From Tubiluchus corallicola (Eukaryota > Animalia > Priapulida): a DNA stretch of 64,000 nt. Of the stretch, positions 57,001 through 64,000 are shown one piece after another. The stretch is taken from positions 496,001 through 560,000 of the forward strand of contig JAQGDQ010000035.1 of the NCBI GenBank assembly GCA_030141605.1. The letters are read 5' to 3'. The number at the start of each line of letters is the position of its first letter. Position 1 is the first letter of the stretch. The translations under genes and the position numbers were made by a program. The notes below the pieces were generated by a model. That model saw nothing but the letters and a program-made list of their open reading frames with translations, had not been told where the DNA came from and searched no databases.

Positions 57001-60000
57001 CATCCACCATCTTAGATACATTGGTCAGCCCTGGACTCATGTCCTACATAAATACATACTTAAGCGGTAAAACCCACGCATCTTAAAATAAAATGACATT
57101 ATTCACAAGTAATAGTGCAACTGAGTTAGTAGTAAATGAGTAGTAGAACTTTACTACAATAAAACTTGTAGTAAATGATCAACAACGTTATATAACAACA
57201 AAAGGAATGGCATTTTTATACTTTTTCAAGATGTATGAATGTGAAAATAGTAACGAATGCATGTTACTGAAAAACGGGAGGATAAAAGGCTCATAAACTG
57301 CTTCTAAGAGCAACTGCACACTTTTTGAATCCTCATTTTCTATGAGTGTGCTTCTACTTTAATAAAAAAATTATTGCATCATATGGTGCTGATGTAATAT
57401 TTTTGGAAATTTCACCATAAACATTAAATTCATAACAAAAATTATTAAATTTGTGTATTACTAATCTCCAGTGTTGAAACTTCAAATACTCCAAAAATCA
57501 TATTCCAGATGTTACTAGATTTTATTTACCAATTACAAATCTGGCTGGCAGAAAAAATAGTTAAAAATATTATGTAATTTTCACACTATTGTTACTGACA
57601 GAAACGAATTTGCAATATTATCGCTAAATAAGTAAAAAACCAATAAAATGCAATAAACCTTAACAAACTGGACCAAATCTTCCATGGTCTCTACCACTTC
57701 AGCAATTGCTAAGTACTCCAAAACTTTTTTACACTCCCTGATGATCTTTCGCACTTCTGACTCATCAAAGACGAGGAGGAGAGAAGATGTACCTTGCAAA
57801 ATTCCTGTCACAAAATAAAAACAATACTGAAAACTAAATTAATTACTACATTATATACGCAATCAAGAACAGTTATATATAATGGTCTAAGTAGCAAATA
57901 GAAACACAATTACACACCTCTAGCTCCTTCAATAAGTTTTTTCCTTGCTGGACCAGAATACGGATCACTTTTTAGCATACGTGATGCATCTTCCAACAGC
58001 TTGGATGCTTCTTCTACCCTGTGCAAGGCTTGAGGCATATCCTGCTTAAGTATTGCGTCATCCGAACTATACACTGTCTCTTTTCCAACCTGTTAAAAAT
58101 ATCTTTTTCAGGAGATTTATCATTTGAGAAAGGCAAGATGGCTGAGTAATTATGGCACTTGGTTGACGGCAAGGATTTCAGGACTTCAATCCATTTAAGT
58201 GGGTCTTTTCCGAGCCATATACCGTCTGTTCAGAATTTTCTGGCCGTCTTCCCAAGTCTACTCAGCTTTAAAGTACCTAGCTATGTAGCGTGGGAAGAAT
58301 CATGATTGACCAGCTAGCCACCTATAATCATTGTGAACTGAGGCTAATAATCTAAAGAGACATGTAACAATAACAAGTAACAGAAAGAAACTGCAATAAA
58401 TTTTTTCTCTTCAGATTCTTTTAGAATGTGGCTAAAGTTTACAATTCCCCACACACAAGAAATTAATTAGTCAAGTGAATTAGGATTAGGGTTAAGGTTT
58501 AGGTTGGGGTTAGGATTAGGGTTAGGGATAGCATTAGGGTTAGGTTAGGACTTGGGTTAGAGTTAGAGTATTTAAATTGTGAGGGGAATTGCAAACTCCT
58601 TCCAAATATGTTTTCAGGTACCCTAAACAAAATCAGGATTGATACTTTTGAGATGTAATTCCAAGATGGCATCTGCTGGGGCCAAAAATTTGTTATATTT
58701 TTTGTATTTTCTAAACCATGGAGCCTATGTTAAAAATACGTTTTATTGACTGATACAAAAGTGCACCATGGTATTCCAAAAAGGTTGTCATTTTTCATCC
58801 ATGACATCATAATACTATTATGACATAATTAAGAAAATCACTGCCTCGTTGTTGTTAAAAATGGGGCACTGGAACTGATCTTTCCAGTATCAAAACCTAC
58901 AAAGCCATTCAATGTAGTTACATACTGATTTTACATTTCACCAGTTTCCATCATTTCCACTGCTTTGTATTGATCACATTACAGTAAGAGGGACGAGTTG
59001 GTGTAAGATGTGTACATTACAAAAACAACAAAGGCACAGACGTTGTTATATTCTGCTGCACAAAACTGGTATGGGACATCGTAATATGAGCAGAAGTATA
59101 CAGATCACAGGTTGGCCAATCAGAATATTTTTCTTCTGTACGATCAGTGGTTGTGACAGAATATCACGTCTGTTTGCCACTACCTTGAATATAGTCTTTA
59201 TGGACCCTGCTGCGAGTCAACAACAAATAACAGCATTAGAAAGGGCGATAAAGAAAGTATGTCTTTACAGCAAAGACCATGTGACAATGATTTCAGTGAC
59301 CAAGCATTATCAAGCAAAGCTATCTTAGTCTCCCCTGCAAAATATGGCAAGCCTGAATGAGTCCATCACAGCCAGACAAGTCCTTTCCGATGCCTTCTAC
59401 CCTCCGCCAACCAATTGGTTTTGTCCTCCAGTCCCACGTCTCACTTGGGTCAAGTAGCCGGCATCAGTATGACCCTCGCCGAAATGGGTCACCTAAGTAG
59501 CAGCAGAGCTTCCTTGCATGGGCTGGCTGCCACTGCTACATAAGCTGACAAACACTCAAAAGAAGAAGTAAGAAGCAGTGATGCTCTGGTGTAATAATGA
59601 CATTGTGACATCATAATTGAAAATAACAACATTTGTTGGATTCATATGGTGCACTTTCTTCTCAGTTATTAACATATAATTTCCTTCTAGGATCGATGAC
59701 TTAGGAGATGTACTCAACTTTTTGCCCCACAGGCACCACCTAGATGCAATGGAAATGATGTGAATTGCCACATGGACACTGATGACATGCAAGGTCAATC
59801 TGTAACTGATATACAATGCTGTTGCAAATACTGATATTGAAAAATCAATTCCAGTGTCTCATTTTCAACAATAATTAATGAACTAATAATGTTCTTAACT
59901 CCTTTGTGATAGTGTGGTCTTCATCTTCACTATGCCATGGTAAACGAAAAGCCAACATTTTTGAAATTCTCTGGTACACCTTCCCATCTGTCAATAATAC

Positions 60001-60754
60001 ATATTTTTCACCTAGGCATGACGATTCAGGAGATATAGCTGAATTTTTGTCCCAGCAGACTAGCTGGTCTTGGATTTATGTGTATATAGCAAAAGTATCC
60101 ATCCAGATTTTGGTTGATTTTTTGTTGAAGGTACATGAAACTATATGCCAACAGAATCTAGGAGAAAAATTCTATAGCAATTTGCAAAAATTCTAGGCAT
60201 CCCCTTACTAGAAGTTACCTTTACCCACCTAGTCTAGATTGTTTCACAAATGCAAGTTTTAGAATAACCGACCTCTTAGTTCTAGCGGTTTTACAGTGAA
60301 TCCCAAAACTTTAACTCATTTCACACGGTCTCAAAGTACACGTTTACTTTCTCCCAGTAAATAAAAATAACATTAAATTCTGAATTTACAAAATAAAACA
60401 AAAGACTCAAAGGCAAGAAAAAGTACTGAAAAAGTCACATATTACCATGATCAGTAACCGAATTTAACAAACCGAAGTTGCAATTTTGCCATTTTGAATT
60501 AGCTAAGTTATCATTGATATTAAATTAAAATCTGTGATGTTTCAGTTATTTAACAAAGAGATATGTAAATTGAGTTTAAACAAATCTGCAATGTAAAATA
60601 TCCAGGTTTCGGAACAAGTGCAAAAACATAAGCGAAAAAGTTTCACCTTAACGAGATTAGCAACAGCATGGCTAACAGCAAGTACTGGGCGTTCCAAATC
60701 AGGCATAGCATTGCCATCCTCTGCCTCTTCGTGGAGAATAACTAATCTTCCAAC
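32697..60754 (-). CDS. VCL: Vinculin (first coding exon not found, presumably beyond window end)
   Basis: Core phase-consistent exons (- strand): 60754-60647 ([20 protein letters not shown]), 58089-57918, 57804-57659 ([21 protein letters not shown]), 57043-56875, 55147-54993 ([16 protein letters not shown]), 54375-54303, 53411-53266, 52564-52372, 51396-51251, 50605-50513, 49828-49759, 49662-49511, 49315-49250, 48003-47892, 47766-47569 ([23 protein letters not shown]), 47007-46916, 46640-46544, linker 36978-36851 (PPRPPPP...NQPIM), tail 35983-35868 ([17 protein letters not shown]), 35496-35373, 35249-35159 ([23 protein letters not shown]), 32863-32697 ([21 protein letters not shown]...WTRKRPWYH*). 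Confidence 0.97.
34223..34264 (-). CDS. VCL: Candidate 42-nt cassette exon in the vinculin tail ([14 protein letters not shown])
   Basis: cttactacag| ... G|gtaaat. Length 3n, phase 1-1, matching the flanking intron phase. No stop. Confidence 0.65.
38182..38322 (-). CDS. VCL: Candidate 141-nt vinculin linker cassette exon ([47 protein letters not shown])
   Basis: ttttactgccaatag| ... G|gtgaga. 3n, phase 1-1, no stop, GC-richer than flanking intron. Confidence 0.7.
38505..38534 (-). CDS. VCL: Candidate 30-nt vinculin linker microexon ([10 protein letters not shown])
   Basis: ttttaatttgcag| ... AAG|gtaaag. 3n, phase 1-1. Confidence 0.6.
40637..42478 (-). CDS. VCL: Candidate giant (1842-nt, 614-codon) vinculin linker exon, predicted low-complexity/disordered
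   Basis: Lies within the 638-aa open frame 40602-42518, far too long for chance in AT-rich intron. Acceptor ttttttctag| at 42478 is phase 1, and donor CAG|gtacac at 40637 restores phase 1. Contains WPPSPPP. Confidence 0.75.
43127..43171 (-). CDS. VCL: Possible 45-nt vinculin linker microexon ([15 protein letters not shown])
   Basis: ctgtttttag| ... C|gtgagt. 3n, phase 1-1, no stop. Splice signals only. Confidence 0.35.
44598..44678 (-). CDS. VCL: Candidate 81-nt proline-rich vinculin linker exon ([27 protein letters not shown])
   Basis: ttcttgttacag| ... AAG|gttagc. 3n, phase 1-1. The polyproline content fits the linker. Confidence 0.8.
46117..46236 (-). CDS. VCL: Candidate 120-nt vinculin linker exon ([40 protein letters not shown]), extendable to a stop at 45989
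   Basis: gtttatccag| acceptor is phase 1. Donor GAG|gtagtt at 46117. The frame stays open a further 42 codons ([13 protein letters not shown]...QDI*). Confidence 0.6.
47392..47540. repeat. Degenerate pentanucleotide (CAGTA/ATAGT/CAATA)n microsatellite
   Basis: atagtatagtggtatagta...acaatacaatacaatgcagta...acagtacagtatagtacagc. Confidence 0.7.
54008..54093 (+). repeat. (GAT)n microsatellite
   Basis: Near-pure atg/gat run of ~28 units. It produces the spurious poly-D/poly-S/poly-H ORFs. Confidence 0.95.
58430..58598. mobile_element. Telomere-motif interspersed element, copy 2 (opposite orientation to 22739-22899)
   Basis: ggctaaagtttacaattccccacacacaagaaattaatt...(ttaggg/ttagga)n...tttaaattgtgaggggaattgcaaactc. 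Confidence 0.8.
59030..59575 (+). mobile_element. Decayed RTE-clade LINE 3' end with (AAG)n tail
   Basis: Translates to ...[29 protein letters not shown]...ATAT*, resembling the RTE C-terminal W.RP.GRPR.TW motif. Followed by agaagaagtaagaag. Confidence 0.55.
59690..59870 (-). mobile_element. Possible second RTE-like LINE fragment in opposite orientation
   Basis: Degenerate [14 protein letters not shown]...[11 protein letters not shown] resembles the post-RT (E.V..F.YLG...LW....S..TK) segment. Confidence 0.3.
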
Positions 60755-63700
60755 CTGTCCCAAAAATGAATAACAAGTTTCATTATGAAGTATTTGTATT
60801 TACATGAAAAAAAAATTGTGAAACCAACAAGTTTGCATGAACTTGAATAATAATCAATAATAAGTTACTCAACATTTAAAGTGCCAGAACAATATTGATG
60901 GACTGTAGTGTTCTCCAGGTTTACATGTAAACATACTTAATCAAGGATGCACACAGGAATCACACCCAGTCATACTTTGTCAGATATTCAGTTAAAAGTT
61001 CTCATCTCCTTTCAGACAGCAATACTTTATCATTTTGCTCATGCTTCTTTTAACTTGTAGCCTATTTTTTGTATTTTTCCAGAAAACTACAGAACTATGC
61101 CTAAGATATGTAAGACGTAACACGCGAAACACATGTGAGCTAAAACTTCTAAACAATTAGACGCATGGCAGAGAAAAATGTCAGGTGTGTGAAAATACAC
61201 AGCCCCCACGAAATGTAGCACACGGATAATTTGAATGCAATGACCAAACTTGATATCATCCCATTACAGAATTATGGCTGTGAAGGATCACGTATCAGAT
61301 TGTGCGACTGGCATCCCTAACTAATATATGAAGAGAAAAGACAATGTGAACGAAAAGGCAACAAGGAGTTAAAAAGGATGTAGGCACGTTGCATAAATTT
61401 TACAGTAGCGTGAAAAGTGGCGTGTAGAAAAAAATTTTTTCCTCCTGTAAGCTTTGGTCATAAGTCATAACATAGTTGTAACTATTCCGCAATGAAGTGA
61501 AACATATGGTACTGATTATAAAGTATAACAATGTGTATAATTAGTACTTACTTAGTATACAGTAACATAATAAATATGTGCGTGGACTATGGGGTCTATC
61601 AAACTTATGAAGGTTCTTTTTATGGTGTCTACAACATATGTCCCCCTTTTTCCAAAACATACAATACACAGAGTTGCTCAAACACTGTGATTGTGAGGAT
61701 TCTATGAAAATATGTTATCTTTTGCAAATTTATCTATAATTTTGCCTTCTCCAGCATGTGCTCTGAAAGCAGTGTAGTTTGTTATGAAGATGAGACTTTT
61801 GATATAGTTCAGTTTGCCTCAGTTTAATTCTGAGCTGTAGGAAGCCCACTTAGGCCCCCTTATTTAGGGCATGTTAGAGTGGACCCTACCTAGTATTCTT
61901 AAAAGCTATTATTTCTATAATTGATTGTGGACCACACCTTATTACCAGATACACGAGTTATTCAATGTTAAAGAACTGTATGTTAATTAGAATAACTGTT
62001 ACATTTCATAGTAACCATAGTGCATACTAATAGCTGCCTGCTTAGGAGCTTTAATTATACTATAACAGTAGTTTTGTAGTTTACAGTTAAACTGTTTATA
62101 ATAATAGCTATGTTATTAATTGTTGAGCATCAACATTAATTCATTCATATTTACGCAAATTCAATGTGCTTTCAGATTATACATAGTTGTAACATACTAA
62201 AAATGGCATCGTGCTGTTTAAAATAGTGGTAGCCGTTAGGTAAACTAGCTACTTTGCAAAGTGGCTGCAGTTATAGTTCAATTAGTTTTAGCTACAATGC
62301 CTTTGAAATTGCATTCCTTTAGCTACATGCAGTATTACTAACTTTTTTTTATTAACAAACAAGCTTTAGTTATCCTTTTACCTGCAGCTTTACAGGCTTA
62401 TAAAACTTTGAATAAAAGTTATAATATACTACTATATGTTTTACTGCAATTTGACTTTAACCTCAACTGTGACTGAAATATCCTTTTCGTCAATGCACAA
62501 GGACATATTAACATTTTTTTCCGGTTGCCCTGAAATTGCTTCCTAAGGGTTTGCAATTTAATGTGAAAGTATTGGAACCCAATATTAACAATTTAAAGGA
62601 TATTTATATGAATGTAAATAACTTGTGCAATGTAAACATGAACGCCACGAAAGGCGATTGATTTTTCAAGTTTTTATTATTCTCAGTAGTGGATTAACTC
62701 AAAGTTACAGAAGCTTTTTATTAGATAGCAAACATTATCCACGAATGAATTTGACAAAATAGTCTGCTTTAATAGTCTGGGGTAAGAGCAGCATAACGTT
62801 ATGCGGATGATTTACAAAACAAAGTGGGGAAATAAAGTTACACAAGAGGGCTGTGGTAGCTACAGCACAGACAAGAAAACATCAAAGATTGTCGTAAACT
62901 ATGAATACCACTAACTACACCAATCAGCTGAGCATGCCAACTTGATCTGGTTTGTTGTATACAAAAAGAAGAATATTATATATCCAATTTACTTTCTTCC
63001 TATTTTGGACAATACAAAAGAAAAACTTGTACAGCTAAAAACAGTTTATAACTGCTGCTAACCAACACAGCAATAATATCTGGTGACGTTGCTTACAGTT
63101 GTGCATATATAACACAAAGCTTTCTTATTAGCGAGCCTACTAGTAAATGGGTACAAAGTCTTAGCTAGAAAGTCAAGAGAAGTCCTTTTAAAATATTTGG
63201 GCACAAAGTCTCTCAAAGTTTGACATTTATTTAGAAACTTTGAAATTCTACTGTAAGTGCCTTAGGGGTGTTCATCATTATTTACATTTTAGAACTGTGT
63301 AAGTTAGAGGTCAAATTTAACGTAAAAATAAATTTTCTTTAATAAAAAAGCCAACTGTAACTGAAAATTTGAAACTAATTTTATGGCTTCCAAATGAATT
63401 GGGGTCTTGAAGTTGCATTTTTCCACGAAACATTTTGGTCAGTTTTACTTGTGAATACTCGGAAATACAAATGTGCTAGCAGCCACTTCCTTGGATACTG
63501 CATCATTTCAGTGACGCCGAATTTGTGGAACAATGCTACACAGAGGAATGTGTCACCTGATAGCCAAACGCAAATGCTGCCGTAACTAAGGCTTGTATTT
63601 CGCTGGCATCTATAACGAACAAAACGTGCAATATCAAGTTCCAGACTTTTTTCGGGTTTAACATCTTCACACCTGATTTCCACTTGCATAAATCATGATA

Positions 63701-64000
63701 AAAAATTAAAAGTATCAGAAAATCTTAGTTAGAGATCATCTTCTTTCTGTTTTTGTGTGAAACTGAAACTTCATGAAGTACCCCGCATTTACGCTTTACA
63801 AAGATAAAAATTTTCTTTGTAAAAATACAACAATCCATTCATTTTGACCTTTTTTGACATTCAATATGTTCTTTTGAAAGATTCATCTGCAGCCTGGCCA
63901 GCAGCCTTGTTGGATTTTACTATAACACTACTATTACTATAATTCTGTGTTTTTTCTGTGATTAATAATTATTGATGACTAGCATTATTATAAAACGAGA

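Noticed and set aside
58470-58570. True telomere or chromosome-fusion relic
   Set aside because: The run is short and degenerate, lies inside a vinculin intron, and is bounded by ends shared with a second dispersed copy.
60755-64000. Vinculin first coding exon (MPVFHT.TIESILEPVAQQ-like) or another gene
   Set aside because: No such sequence was found by eye. The ORFs at 63381-63689 lack motifs and look repeat-derived, so the region is treated as vinculin intron 1.

Overview
AT-rich, intron-rich animal genomic DNA. It is probably an invertebrate, plausibly a lophotrochozoan (inferred from gene sequences, TTAGGG-type motifs and the repeat families). Four protein-coding genes could be reconstructed by hand from GT-AG boundaries and reading-frame phase. 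(1) The 3' part of a spermine/polyamine oxidase-family flavoprotein (+, 5 exons, 1030-9456). (2) A complete, CDS-intronless ALKBH8 (+, 3066-5099) nested on the same strand inside an intron of that oxidase. (3) An inversin (INVS/NPHP2) orthologue (-, ~12165-27104). (4) Vinculin (-, 32697-60754; its first coding exon was not found in the window). The most unusual structure is the ~9.5 kb interval between the vinculin head and its proline-rich linker. It carries an array of frame-preserving phase 1-1 candidate cassette exons, including a 1842-nt giant exon with a repeated acidic-aromatic motif, plus several candidate stop-containing terminal exons that would give tail-less, Cys-tipped vinculins. 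Introns hold many non-autonomous transposons (Tc1/pogo, hAT and PIF-type MITEs, Helitron/Helentron-like elements, a telomere-motif element) and LINE RT remnants. No prokaryotic systems, CRISPR arrays, rRNA or tRNA genes were recognised. All exon models are manual and lack transcript evidence.
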